Notes: a model not told the origin generated them from the letters alone. A stretch of DNA of 39,552 nucleotides from Candidatus Thorarchaeota archaeon (GCA_030593165.1 JAUVHR010000001.1:91025-130576); one strand, 5' to 3'; shown: positions 8,278 through 18,022, numbered from the stretch's first letter. Program-made: numbers and translations.

Positions 8278-9078
8278 ATGGAAGTCACAATCCTTCACAA
8301 AGATGAGAATGTCATCCATTTCCTGTTGGAAGGTGTTGATGTGGCATTTGCGAACGCACTCAGGAGGACCATGATTAACCGACTGCCTGCAATGGCAATC
8401 GATGAGGTCCTAGTCCTTGAGAACACAAGTGTCATGTTCGACGAAATGCTAGCGCAGCGACTCGGTCTTATCCCCCTGACGACCGACCTAGACTCATACA
8501 ATCTTCCACGAAACTGTGACTGTGAAGGAAAGGGATGCAGCTTATGTCAATGCACACTCACCTTAGAGAAAGAGGCAGACGAAGAAGAAATGATTGTCTA
8601 CTCTGGCGATTTATCATCTCAGGATCCAAAAGTGATTCCTGCGACAGATGGGATTCCCCTAGTGAAGCTTGCTCCTCGTCAGAGCATAATCGTTGAGGCC
8701 TATGCTAGGCTTGGAACCGGTTCAGAGAATGCCAAGTTCCAGCCAGTTGCCACAGTGGCTTACAAGTATGTTCCTGTTGTTAGCGTAGACAAGACAAAGT
8801 GTGATCAATGCGGTGCCTGTGTGGAGGTATGCCCAAAGAATATCCTAATCATTGAGGGCGATACACTGTCTACTCAGAACACTCTGGACTGTAGTCTGTG
8901 TGAAATTTGCGTCAAAGAGTGCGAACCTAGCGCCATCATTATTGACTCCAAGAAGGATAGTTTTCTCTTCAAAGTAGAGTCCTCGGGTGCACTGCCTCCT
9001 GAGGAGATTGCAGAACGGGCAGCAGAGATATTGAAAGAGAGAATCAGAGTGGCACTTGATTTCACAAACTCGCTGTGA
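8278..9078 (+). CDS. rpoD: RNA polymerase subunit D (Rpo3) with 2x[4Fe-4S] ferredoxin-like insert
   Basis: FANALRRTM, RLGLIPL, NAKFQP; CDQCGACVEVCP and CSLCEICVKEC. Confidence 0.98.
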   Translation: MEVTILHKDENVIHFLLEGVDVAFANALRRTMINRLPAMAIDEVLVLENTSVMFDEMLAQRLGLIPLTTDLDSYNLPRNCDCEGKGCSLCQCTLTLEKEADEEEMIVYSGDLSSQDPKVIPATDGIPLVKLAPRQSIIVEAYARLGTGSENAKFQPVATVAYKYVPVVSVDKTKCDQCGACVEVCPKNILIIEGDTLSTQNTLDCSLCEICVKECEPSAIIIDSKKDSFLFKVESSGALPPEEIAERAAEILKERIRVALDFTNSL

Positions 9079-9089
9079 GGTGTATCGAC

Positions 9090-9452
9090 ATGGTGCGAGC
9101 TGGACCAACTGATCCCAATACACGCGCACTCATTAACGCGCTTAGAAAGATATCAACGAAGCACAATGTTGGCATATGGAAAAGGGTCGCTGAACTAGTA
9201 GCCCGGCCAGCTAGGAAACGTCCCACTGTAAACGTAGGAAAGATTGCACGACATACCAATGCAGGAGATGTGGTGATTGTACCCGGAAAGGTACTTGCCT
9301 CAGGAACTATAGCCCATAAAGTGACAGTTGCTGCTCTGAATGCATCTGCTGCTGCAAGGTCGGTTATCGTCGATGCTGGGGGTTCACTGATTTCAATCGA
9401 TGAGCTACTCACAAAAACCCCGAAGGGGACTGATGTCACTATTATCACATGA
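9090..9452 (+). CDS. rpl18e: 50S ribosomal protein L18e
   Basis: VNVGKI, VIVPGKVL; operon context. Confidence 0.96.
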   Translation: MVRAGPTDPNTRALINALRKISTKHNVGIWKRVAELVARPARKRPTVNVGKIARHTNAGDVVIVPGKVLASGTIAHKVTVAALNASAAARSVIVDAGGSLISIDELLTKTPKGTDVTIIT

Positions 9453-9462
9453 GGTGGTCCCA

Positions 9463-9915
9463 ATGAGTGAAGGAGCGATAAAAGTCTACGATGCAGACAA
9501 CATGGTTATTGGACGACTATCGGCAAAGGTTGCAAAGGCTGCACTCTTAGGTGATAGAGTGGTCATAGTGAACGTTGAGAAGGCAATCATCACAGGTGAC
9601 AGAAAGACCGTCATAAAAGCATACAAGGAAAAGTTCAACATACGGACTTCATACAATCCAAGGAAAGGACCATTCCACCACCGTCGACCGGACAAACTGG
9701 TCCGACGGATTCTACGAGGGATGCTACCTTGGCCCAAGCCCAGAGGCAAGGCTGCCTTTAAACGAATCCACGTGTATATAGGAATTCCCGAGAAATATGC
9801 AAACATGGAGAAGATTATTCTGGAAGGGTCAAAATATCATAGCCTTACTCGTAAGTTCATCACGATAGCTGATTTGAGTCAAGAACTTGGCTGGAGACAT
9901 CCGGAGGTTATGTGA
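9463..9915 (+). CDS. rpl13: 50S ribosomal protein L13
   Basis: GRLSAKVAK, GPFHHRRP, RGMLP. Confidence 0.98.
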   Translation: MSEGAIKVYDADNMVIGRLSAKVAKAALLGDRVVIVNVEKAIITGDRKTVIKAYKEKFNIRTSYNPRKGPFHHRRPDKLVRRILRGMLPWPKPRGKAAFKRIHVYIGIPEKYANMEKIILEGSKYHSLTRKFITIADLSQELGWRHPEVM

Positions 9916-9916
9916 G

Positions 9917-10315
9917 ATGCGAGTTGTTGTTTCAACTGGAAAACGAAAGACAAGTCTTGCAAAGGCCACAGTAAAGAACGGATCTGGTAGAATTCGAATT
10001 AACGGAACACCACTTGAAATCCTCCAACCCGAGATTGCACGTCTAAGGGTGACCGAGGCCTTGATCCTATTCGGTGAAGATTGGAAGAGGTATGACATCA
10101 AGGTGAGAGTGCGAGGTGGTGGTTTCATGAGTCAGGCTGACGCTATCAGGATGGCCATTGCTACTGGATTGTTTCGAATGAGTCAGGACTTTGAGGCTCG
10201 CTCAAGGATGCTTGAGCACGACAGAACAATGCTTGTGGGGGACCCACGAAGAACAGAACCGAAGAAGTTCGGAGGCCCCTCAGCAAGATCAAGATTTCAG
10301 AAATCATACAGGTAA
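9917..10315 (+). CDS. rps9: 30S ribosomal protein S9
   Basis: GKRKT, GGGFMSQA, EPKKFGGPSARSRFQKSYR. Confidence 0.99.
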   Translation: MRVVVSTGKRKTSLAKATVKNGSGRIRINGTPLEILQPEIARLRVTEALILFGEDWKRYDIKVRVRGGGFMSQADAIRMAIATGLFRMSQDFEARSRMLEHDRTMLVGDPRRTEPKKFGGPSARSRFQKSYR

Positions 10316-10327
10316 GGTGGCGATAGG

Positions 10328-10546
10328 ATGATTGTACCAGTACGATGTTTCACATGCGGAAAAGTCGTGGCAGACAAATATGAAGAGTTTAAGCGTCAAA
10401 TCCGACAGGGCGAGGACCCTGCAGTCGTTCTTGACGGTCTGGGTCTTTCAAGATATTGTTGTCGCAGGATGCTGCTATCACACATTGATGTGATTGATAG
10501 CTTCATGGCCTTTGCTGCCACTAATGTTCCGGAGGGCAACACATGA
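10328..10546 (+). CDS. rpoN: RNA polymerase subunit N (Rpo10)
   Basis: [12 protein letters not shown]...[11 protein letters not shown]. Confidence 0.99.
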   Translation: MIVPVRCFTCGKVVADKYEEFKRQIRQGEDPAVVLDGLGLSRYCCRRMLLSHIDVIDSFMAFAATNVPEGNT

Positions 10547-11181
10547 TTAGCGATGGAGAAATGTCAGAGGCTGATCTTCTTGCCCCGATGGATAAGTACC
10601 TCGCGGCGGGTTGTCATATTGGCACACAAGTGAAAACACAGGACATGGAACCATTTGTCTACAGACAGAGGCCCATTGGACTGTACGTTCTTGATGTTCG
10701 AAAGACCGATGAACGAATCAGGACTGCTGGTAAATTCCTTTCGAGGTTTGACCCCAGCAAGGTAGTTGTAGTTTCTGGAAGAGTCTACGGTAAGAAACCC
10801 GTGGAAACCTTTGCATACTACACTGGTGCCCATGCGTTCACAGATAGATTCATTCCCGGAACACTGACAAATCCGAATATCGCTGGTCCTCGTATCTACA
10901 TCGAGCCCGAGCTTGTGATTCTGACAGACCCACGAACTGACCAGCAGGCGCTCTCTGAAGCTGCGAAGATTGGAGTCCCTGTCATTGCTCTCTGTGACAC
11001 TGATAACATGACCACAAATGTGGATTATGTCATACCTTCTAACAATCGAGGTCGGAAGGCTTTAGCCCTGGTCTATTTCCTTCTATCAAGGCAGGTGCTC
11101 AGAGAACGCGGCGACATATCCCCCGATGGTGAAGCTGCATTCACAGCAGAGGACTTTGAACCACAACTCCAACGTTTCTAG
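10543..11181 (+). CDS. rps2: 30S ribosomal protein S2
   Basis: [29 protein letters not shown]. Confidence 0.99.
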   Translation: MISDGEMSEADLLAPMDKYLAAGCHIGTQVKTQDMEPFVYRQRPIGLYVLDVRKTDERIRTAGKFLSRFDPSKVVVVSGRVYGKKPVETFAYYTGAHAFTDRFIPGTLTNPNIAGPRIYIEPELVILTDPRTDQQALSEAAKIGVPVIALCDTDNMTTNVDYVIPSNNRGRKALALVYFLLSRQVLRERGDISPDGEAAFTAEDFEPQLQRF

Positions 11182-11191
11182 ACAACTACTG

Positions 11192-11608
11192 TCAATCAGG
11201 GTGGTCGTATGATTTGCCCTTGATTGACACGATGCCATTATCAGCGTCTACCTCTATCTTCTGACCTGTCTGAATATTACTAATTTCAATTTGGTCTACA
11301 GCGGGGATTTCTGAAATTATACAGCCAACTGCAACAACAGTATCCGTGGATTCGTTCACAATTGCCAGTGGGGCTTTGCCTACTTTCTTGAGTGCATAGA
11401 GCACATAAGACCCAACAGTAGATCCTTTACCTGTCGGAAAGACTAGAATCTTACCTGCAATGGACTTGCCTTCAAGTTCATGCCCCTTCTCAACGATTTC
11501 TCCTGTTTCTGGGTCACATCCCCCAAAGAAGGAAATATCATCACCTGTGACAAGTGCCTCGCCCTCAATCTTCCCCTTGAAAATCCTCCTACCTTTGAAG
11601 CGAGTCAT
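11192..11608 (-). CDS. Phosphomevalonate dehydratase small subunit (AcnX swiveling domain, DUF126)
   Basis: ISFFGGCDPETG, GKGSTVGSYVLY; overlaps the large-subunit stop. Confidence 0.92.
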   Translation of the reverse strand: MTRFKGRRIFKGKIEGEALVTGDDISFFGGCDPETGEIVEKGHELEGKSIAGKILVFPTGKGSTVGSYVLYALKKVGKAPLAIVNESTDTVVAVGCIISEIPAVDQIEISNIQTGQKIEVDADNGIVSIKGKSYDHPD

Positions 11609-12786
11609 GTCACTGCCTCCTCAAGGCATTGCTCTATACTTCGTATCTCTGTTTTGAACTTGTTTTTACCACGTGCATAGAAACATGCCTTTGCGGAGTC
11701 CGTCATCAAGCCCTTAAATCGCTCTTTCAATGGGGCCACTGCACAACATGCATCGCTGACTAAGAATGCACCAGCATTTTCGATTGTTTCATAATATCCC
11801 ATCATGATGGCAAGTTCTTTCGTTGGTTTGGCCGTAGTAATCCACACAGTCTTACCCTCTGCGACTCTCTTACCTTCCAATAGCTCAGCCACTCTTGCAA
11901 TCTCTTTGATGCTTGCATGGGGGCATCCTATACTGATAAAATCAATATCAGCTTCATCATCATCGAGAGTCATACGAGCAGCGTCCAAGTCTTCCCGAGT
12001 TACTACCTCAGTCCTATCAGGCACTAATGTTCTGTTGGGAGTAATGTTCTCCATGTGAAACAGTGCCACTCCACCATAAGTTGCAACTGAGGCTGAGAAT
12101 GACTTCAGTTTTTCCATTGTGACACTTACGATTCCAGTAATGTAGGGTATCTCCTTACCGGTGCGCACGCCGATTACATGTCCGAGGAGTCCAAAGTCAT
12201 CGGTGTCCTCAAGTTTGGTTTGAACCTCATACTTGACCTGTGCTATCCTGTTCTCCCGCAAGTGGAGTCCGTATTCTGCTGTTCTCCCTGTGAGGGCTGC
12301 AGCCAATGCACTTGGTCCACCTTCCCTATTGGTCAAAGCTCCAATTACCGAATTAGCAAAACACACTGCAGAGGACTCTGCCCAAGCTATATGTTCTCCA
12401 TAGTGTGGAAGATTTCCTATCAGATAGGGCGTACAAGTGCAGGTCGTCACAACACCCATTCTGTTGAAGATATCGACCACCCTCTGCTGATTTCTAGCAA
12501 AATCGTTATTGATTCCATGCTTTTTCCACTCTACCAAGTCCATACCAGCAGGATTCAGAGTAGTGAGGACCTTTGTTCTCCCATCCTCGGCCATTCCTGC
12601 AAGATACTCGAGACCGGCCTCTCCAAGATTATGGTAGGAAACTCCTGCAATTTGAACGCTGGAAACAGAAATCAGGCGCTCCGCACCATAGATTTCACCT
12701 AGTGTTGTAATAATCTCCATGGACTTCTTGGTTGCTTTCCCATACTTTCCATCCAGCATCTCCTGCTCTTCTCTGGAAAGATCCAT
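11605..12786 (-). CDS. Phosphomevalonate dehydratase large subunit (aconitase X, DUF521)
   Basis: TTLNP, TCTCTPY, AWAESSA, TNREGGP, IGCPH, TDSAKA. Confidence 0.93.
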   Translation of the reverse strand: MDLSREEQEMLDGKYGKATKKSMEIITTLGEIYGAERLISVSSVQIAGVSYHNLGEAGLEYLAGMAEDGRTKVLTTLNPAGMDLVEWKKHGINNDFARNQQRVVDIFNRMGVVTTCTCTPYLIGNLPHYGEHIAWAESSAVCFANSVIGALTNREGGPSALAAALTGRTAEYGLHLRENRIAQVKYEVQTKLEDTDDFGLLGHVIGVRTGKEIPYITGIVSVTMEKLKSFSASVATYGGVALFHMENITPNRTLVPDRTEVVTREDLDAARMTLDDDEADIDFISIGCPHASIKEIARVAELLEGKRVAEGKTVWITTAKPTKELAIMMGYYETIENAGAFLVSDACCAVAPLKERFKGLMTDSAKACFYARGKNKFKTEIRSIEQCLEEAVT

Positions 12787-12793
12787 TACCAAG

Positions 12794-14110
12794 TCACTCT
12801 CCTAGAAACTTCTTCAAGTCAACACTTGGAAACTTGGCTCTTTCATAGCTCTTTCCCTCTGTTTCTAATGGTTTAGTGCAATCGAACCCACACTTGGTAG
12901 TCAACTTAGTTCCACTCTCAGCACTCGGGTCCAAGCTACTTCCTGGCTCCTTGTCTTTGATAAGCAAGTCTACATCAGCTTGAAACCTTGTAGCGAATGC
13001 CCACTCTCTATCGTACCTTGACTGTCTATCATAGATGTCTATGTCTTCATCATATATCCAGACATGTTTGGCACTGTGATGTCCGGCAAACGCGGCTTCG
13101 ATTGCTTTCAGACCGTCATCTTCATACTTCTTACGAATCTTTACGGCTACGTGAAGCCAGCTAGATCCTCCTGGAGTGATGTTCACATCAATTACATCTA
13201 TTCCTAGGTCCTTGACTTTCTTGTAGACGGTTGGTTCTCTGGGCATACCCATGAGAATCTTATGTTCTGCATGTCCAGGAAGAAGTCCTTGCCAAATTGC
13301 ATTCTTTCTGTGTGTAATCTTCTTCACTTCGAAGACTGGCTCTTGTCGAACGACATCAACTGTTTCTGTGAGGTCTATGAATGGGCCTTCGTCGTGCTTC
13401 TCATCCAGAATCACTCTTCCCTCAAGAACAAACTCACATTCAGCTGGTATCAACAAGTCAACTGTTTTTGCTCTTACCACCTTGATTGGCTGGAGCGCAT
13501 TGGCGATTTCTAGCTCATTAATGCCAGTTTCCACACTGGTTGCCGCTGCAATCAACACTTCTGGAGCGTTTCCAATACAGAATGCAACGTCCACCTCTCC
13601 ATTCTTCTCAAGGAATCTATGAAAGTCCCGACCTTGCACTACTCGTGCGACCATGCGATTTTCACCAATCTGCATAGCCCTATGAAAATCAAGATTCTGT
13701 CCATAATCGGGGTCTGCAGCCACAACAACACCCGAGGAGATGTATGGGCCACCATCAATCTCATTATGGACAAGAATTGGCAGCTGACTCAGGTCAACAC
13801 CATCATGTACAACTTCCTGACAAGTGGCTTCTGTGACTTCTTCAGGTACGCTACGATTCTCAATCGCCTTTGTCAAAGTGGGGATTATGTCTTCAGTTCT
13901 GATTCCAAAGTAATCAGCAATCTGACTTTTCGTACAAAAGAGATTTCCAGCAACTCGAAAGTCACTGTCACTTAGGTTCTCAAATAGGACCGGTTTTGGT
14001 TCAATAGCACTGAGAACACCAGCAATCTCTAGGTTCTTGGATATGCTCCTACTAACGACCGTCAGTTTGTTATCTTCACGAAGCTTGTTGATGTATTTTT
14101 CAAGTATCAT
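12794..14110 (-). CDS. UbiD-family decarboxylase, probable anhydromevalonate phosphate decarboxylase
   Basis: DGGPYI, EFVLEG, EGPF, EH, SLDPS; flanked by mvk and PMDh genes. Confidence 0.9.
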   Translation of the reverse strand: MILEKYINKLREDNKLTVVSRSISKNLEIAGVLSAIEPKPVLFENLSDSDFRVAGNLFCTKSQIADYFGIRTEDIIPTLTKAIENRSVPEEVTEATCQEVVHDGVDLSQLPILVHNEIDGGPYISSGVVVAADPDYGQNLDFHRAMQIGENRMVARVVQGRDFHRFLEKNGEVDVAFCIGNAPEVLIAAATSVETGINELEIANALQPIKVVRAKTVDLLIPAECEFVLEGRVILDEKHDEGPFIDLTETVDVVRQEPVFEVKKITHRKNAIWQGLLPGHAEHKILMGMPREPTVYKKVKDLGIDVIDVNITPGGSSWLHVAVKIRKKYEDDGLKAIEAAFAGHHSAKHVWIYDEDIDIYDRQSRYDREWAFATRFQADVDLLIKDKEPGSSLDPSAESGTKLTTKCGFDCTKPLETEGKSYERAKFPSVDLKKFLGE

Positions 14111-14122
14111 GATTCACACCTA

Positions 14123-15064
14123 CTATATTCCGAATGTTGTCGACTGGACGAAAGCGGCGCCACTCTTCTTGAGGACATCTGCAATCTGTATCATTGTGAC
14201 TTCATCAGGAGCTAATGATATCTGATTTCCGCCCCTTCCCGTCCCTGTCATTTTGGCTCCAATTGCTCCATTGTCACGAGCAATCGTGACCAGATTGTCT
14301 AGCTCATCGCATGAAACAGTGAGACTCTGCAGGAGTTCATGATTTCTGTTCATTTGTTTTCCAACTTCTATGGCATCAAGAGAAAACAGTGCATCCCTAG
14401 CCTTGTGCACAAGAATAGTGTAATCCTTTGCTATCGAGCTAAACCACTCCGGATTTTTCTCCTTCTTAGCTCTGACATCTCCAACCACTTCAGTAGTGCT
14501 TGCTGTTAGTCCCGTAGATGCAATCACCAAATACATGGGCTTCTTCAATCTCAGTGTTTCGAACTTGGGAGGCCCTCCGCTAAGGTCTCTTATGTACCAG
14601 ATGAGACCGCCATAAGTAGAAGCTGTGTTATCCAAACCTGAAGGTGTACCATGATAGCCCCTTTCACCCTCGTAGGCAATTCGGTTTATCTCATCATCGT
14701 TTAGACCAAGTCCGTATTCCTCGTTCATTGCTCTTGCAATTGCAACGCAGCTAGCTGCACTTGCACCGAAACCAGATGCACAAGTAAGGTCACCCTCCAA
14801 TTCGATGTATACTCCATCGGTCGATAGATCCACACAAACATGCTGCATGATGTTATCAATGGACACCCTTTGCTCATTCAGTTTCTTCTCTTTATAGCCC
14901 GGTACTGCAGGTCTTCTATCATCAATAGTCCAACCGGGTGAATCTGTTCGACTCACTTTCGCAATGGTTACAGAAGATATCCCAGCAGCCACTGAAGGCA
15001 TTCCATATACAACAAAATGTTCCCCAAACAAGATTGTCTTACCACGGCCTGAACCAATGCTCAT
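14123..15064 (-). CDS. mvk: Mevalonate kinase
   Basis: GKTILFGEHFVVYG, SGFGASAA, HGTPSGLDN, GAKMTGTGRGG. Confidence 0.95.
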   Translation of the reverse strand: MSIGSGRGKTILFGEHFVVYGMPSVAAGISSVTIAKVSRTDSPGWTIDDRRPAVPGYKEKKLNEQRVSIDNIMQHVCVDLSTDGVYIELEGDLTCASGFGASAASCVAIARAMNEEYGLGLNDDEINRIAYEGERGYHGTPSGLDNTASTYGGLIWYIRDLSGGPPKFETLRLKKPMYLVIASTGLTASTTEVVGDVRAKKEKNPEWFSSIAKDYTILVHKARDALFSLDAIEVGKQMNRNHELLQSLTVSCDELDNLVTIARDNGAIGAKMTGTGRGGNQISLAPDEVTMIQIADVLKKSGAAFVQSTTFGI

Positions 15065-15219
15065 GACTTATTCACACTCAAACCCAGAGTTTGGTTAATG
15101 TCAATAATCCCCACTTTTGAACCTTCTCTTCAACACTAGTAAAACCGTGCTTCTCCACAAGATTCTTCTCTGCTGCTCACTAATCCGGACTACTGTAGTA
15201 ACGTTTGGATGAATGTGGT

Positions 15220-16182
15220 ATGAGAATCTTGGACCTGTTTTGTGGCGCTGGTGGCTTTTCATCCGGTTTCATAGGACTGGATGATGAGCATCTTGCCATT
15301 GACAACGATACAAATTCTCTCTCTACGTATACACTCAACTATTCTCGTGCCAGAATCTTGCAGAGGGATATCGGCAGGCTACACGCTATTGAAATCGAGA
15401 GAGCACTTGGTGCCACTCCAGATGTCGTGATAGCTTCACCTCCTTGTGAGGAATTCAGTTGGGCAAACCCCAACAGTAACACCCCCGCAGCTGAGCGTAT
15501 CTACGGTTCCGGGACCGCCCGCCTTCTTCTTGACACGATTCGCTTGATTGGAGACCTTTCTCCAGAGGTTTTCATAATTGAGAACGTTGCAGCACTTCTT
15601 CCGAGAGGAGGCCGCGAGATAGTTGCACGCGAGTTCAATCGTATTGGAGTTGACAACCTTCACTTCAACTTGATAAGGGCCCATCAACATGGAAACCCAT
15701 CCAAACGCCTTCGCGTCTTCATCAGCAATCTAGAACTCAATCTTCCTCGTCACGCACCACCGAAAGTGATGGAAGCAATTGGCGACTTGCCCCCACTTGA
15801 ACAAGGTGCACTGTTCTCCCCCTCTAATGATGTACCAAATCATGAATTACGTATCATAACTGATGATAAACTGAAACAAGTGCGGAAGACACGAGGGGGT
15901 CAGGGGATTCGCTATTTCAGGAGTTCAAAAGACCGGACAAAGCCCAACTGGGTTAGACTCTTCCCTGATCGGGTTGCCACATCCATCATCGGATTATCAC
16001 GTTACATACACCCATATGCGGACCGTCTTCTTACCGTAAGGGAACATGCACGCTTGATGTCATACCTGGATACCTTCATATTCACCGGTCCAATTGATAG
16101 TCAGTACAACCAGATTGGCGAATCTGTTCCACCGCTAATCTCAAGTCTAATTGCTAAGGAGGTTCAGAAACATATTGAGTGA
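15220..16182 (+). CDS. C5-cytosine methyltransferase (Dcm/DNMT fold), orphan
   Basis: Motif I DLFCGAGG, IV SPPC, VI ENV, VIII RLRVF, IX LTVREHARLM, X QIGESVPP. Confidence 0.92.
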   Translation: MRILDLFCGAGGFSSGFIGLDDEHLAIDNDTNSLSTYTLNYSRARILQRDIGRLHAIEIERALGATPDVVIASPPCEEFSWANPNSNTPAAERIYGSGTARLLLDTIRLIGDLSPEVFIIENVAALLPRGGREIVAREFNRIGVDNLHFNLIRAHQHGNPSKRLRVFISNLELNLPRHAPPKVMEAIGDLPPLEQGALFSPSNDVPNHELRIITDDKLKQVRKTRGGQGIRYFRSSKDRTKPNWVRLFPDRVATSIIGLSRYIHPYADRLLTVREHARLMSYLDTFIFTGPIDSQYNQIGESVPPLISSLIAKEVQKHIE

Positions 16183-16651
16183 CATCACAAAGAACATCTA
16201 TGTAATACTCCACAATGTACATGCAGTTTCAAAGGTTCTCGAAACCGTACAAGTCGTCTATGGTCTGGGCTTTCAGAACTTTGTCGTTACAAAGGCTGAA
16301 GGTTCCGCTGCACAATCAGGAGTTCCAGATGCAAATCGACTTGCGATAAAAATGAAGAAGAACTTCATGGTCCTTCCTGACCTGAAAGATGCAATAGAGC
16401 TTCTAGAGGTCGAGGAGCCTCTTCTTCTCGTTTCACCAGTCTTAACAAAGGAGCGCGTTGACTTGGGGCAGCTAGTGGAACAGACAAAGACGGGTGAAAA
16501 GCTCGTACTAGTCTTCTCAGCGAGCAATAGTTCATTCTCGAGGAAAGAGATGGACTTGGGCAAGTGTGTGAGCCTACAGTCCAAGATTGACATAGGTCCC
16601 TCAGGTACAGCAGCTGTTATACTCTATGCACTCTCTAATGAAATTGCTTGA
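16175..16651 (+). CDS. DUF2122/COG4080 archaeal SPOUT-like protein (often labelled 'RecB-family nuclease')
   Basis: YVILHNV, VYGLG, VVTKAEGSAAQSGVP signature; TTG start with AAGGAGGT SD. Confidence 0.8.
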   Translation: MSDITKNIYVILHNVHAVSKVLETVQVVYGLGFQNFVVTKAEGSAAQSGVPDANRLAIKMKKNFMVLPDLKDAIELLEVEEPLLLVSPVLTKERVDLGQLVEQTKTGEKLVLVFSASNSSFSRKEMDLGKCVSLQSKIDIGPSGTAAVILYALSNEIA

Positions 16652-16663
16652 AAAATGTTGTAT

Positions 16664-16960
16664 TCAGAAGATATCAGGAATCAGTGCCTTGGATCTATGA
16701 AGTTTAGCAATCAATAGAAACTTGATAGTGGCAGTCTTTGAGGGGATCAGGTCCAATGGACTCACACCCATGAGCTTGCAGAGGGCGGTTGTGGTAGAAG
16801 CAAGTCTGTTGCATGTAGGACTGACAAAGACGTTCTTCTTTCCAAGTTGTTCTACTAAGCGCTCCTGTGTTTCTTCTATTGCACAATCTCCTGCGATAAA
16901 CACTCTACCAGTGATAGAGTCCAGAGTTTCAGGAGTGAAGCCCTTCCCCATAAGGATCAT
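16664..16960 (-). CDS. Short hypothetical ORF, possible C-terminal remnant of a DUF362-like Fe-S protein
   Basis: ILMGK...VFIAGDCAI...PTCN pattern; frame stays open upstream of the ATG into the neighbouring gene's stop. Confidence 0.45.
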   Translation of the reverse strand: MILMGKGFTPETLDSITGRVFIAGDCAIEETQERLVEQLGKKNVFVSPTCNRLASTTTALCKLMGVSPLDLIPSKTATIKFLLIAKLHRSKALIPDIF

Positions 16961-16986
16961 AAAGCCTCCTTCGTCTGGAATCTCTG

Positions 16987-17700
16987 CTACTCCTTCACTC
17001 CCACGAATATCCCAGTTCTCTCCATGAGACCTGGCTCCACATAGTTCACAGTGAATCCGCTTTCTTCCATAGTACTCGTGAATGCACTTCTCGGGAAGAT
17101 ACCCATAGGACTTGGGTCAACCAAGTGCTCGACCTTCTCATCTGTTGCTATGAGAAAGTGAAAGTTGAGATAGAGGACATTTCCCTCCATTTTACTAGCA
17201 TTCACACGGGCGATCTTGATGTCTGGTTGGTCTAGACAGAGGATTCCCGTGAACTTTGGATGAACACTTTCTTCGGTAACAAATGGCTCAATAACAACTA
17301 TACCACCTGATTTGGTGTGTCTTGAGAATGTGTGAATGACCTTCTCTAATTGCTCTTGTGTTGTTAGATGACCAATTGAACCAAAGAGGCTAGTGATGAT
17401 GTCGAATTTCCTATCCAGACTCATGTTGGTCATATTGGCTTGGAAGAACTCAACATCATTGTACTTCTCTCTGGCAACCTTGAGCATTGCTTCACTAAGG
17501 TCCAACCCACTCACTTCATAGTGCAGCCTGAGATACTCAATATGACCACCAGTTCCACATCCGACGTCTAGGAGGGTGACTCCAGCAGAAGTTTTGTACT
17601 TCTGAATAATCTCGTGAATTCTTTGTGACTCTGCCTCATAGTCTTTCCAAGAGTACATTGCGTCGTAATACTTGGCCATTATTTCATAGATGTCGGACAT
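16987..17700 (-). CDS. Class I SAM-dependent methyltransferase (TylM1/DesVI-like)
   Basis: YDAMY..KDY, LLDVGCGTG, GLDLSEAML, FGSIGH, GGIVVIEP. Confidence 0.9.
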   Translation of the reverse strand: MSDIYEIMAKYYDAMYSWKDYEAESQRIHEIIQKYKTSAGVTLLDVGCGTGGHIEYLRLHYEVSGLDLSEAMLKVAREKYNDVEFFQANMTNMSLDRKFDIITSLFGSIGHLTTQEQLEKVIHTFSRHTKSGGIVVIEPFVTEESVHPKFTGILCLDQPDIKIARVNASKMEGNVLYLNFHFLIATDEKVEHLVDPSPMGIFPRSAFTSTMEESGFTVNYVEPGLMERTGIFVGVKE

Positions 17701-17757
17701 ATCTTAACCGTACTACCAACCTTGAGAAAAGTATTTGCTATCTGAGCAGAGGAAAAG

Positions 17758-17834
17758 TGGTGGGCCGGACGAGATTCGAACTCGCGATCCCTTGGATCCG
17801 AACCAAGAATCATACCAAGCTAGACCACCGACCC
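17758..17834 (-). tRNA. tRNA-Pro(CGG), CCA encoded
   Basis: GGGTCGG/CCGGCCC acceptor, A73, CTTGG/CCAAG anticodon stem with TTCGGAT loop, GTTCGAAT. Confidence 0.95.
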
Positions 17835-18022
17835 ATTCGAGAGTCACCCTTTCTGCCACTGATTTAATCGTTTCGTTGCAAAATCCTCTCATCATAGTGT
17901 TTCCACAACGCCGTGACTGTTCCCAAGAGCAGACCTCTATCTTCAAAGATGTTCTCTATTACAGAGAACTGACCAACCATACGACATTTTAACACCGCTA
18001 TCAGAATCAAAGATTGAGCACA

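Noticed and set aside
15220-16651. Type II restriction-modification system
   Set aside because: Partner gene has the DUF2122/SPOUT signature and no PD-(D/E)xK or HNH motif
16652-17757. Integrated element with att repeats at tRNA-Pro
   Set aside because: No duplicate of the tRNA 3' end found
17713-17992. ORFs 17713-17946 and 17735-17992
   Set aside because: They overlap tRNA-Pro and have no protein features
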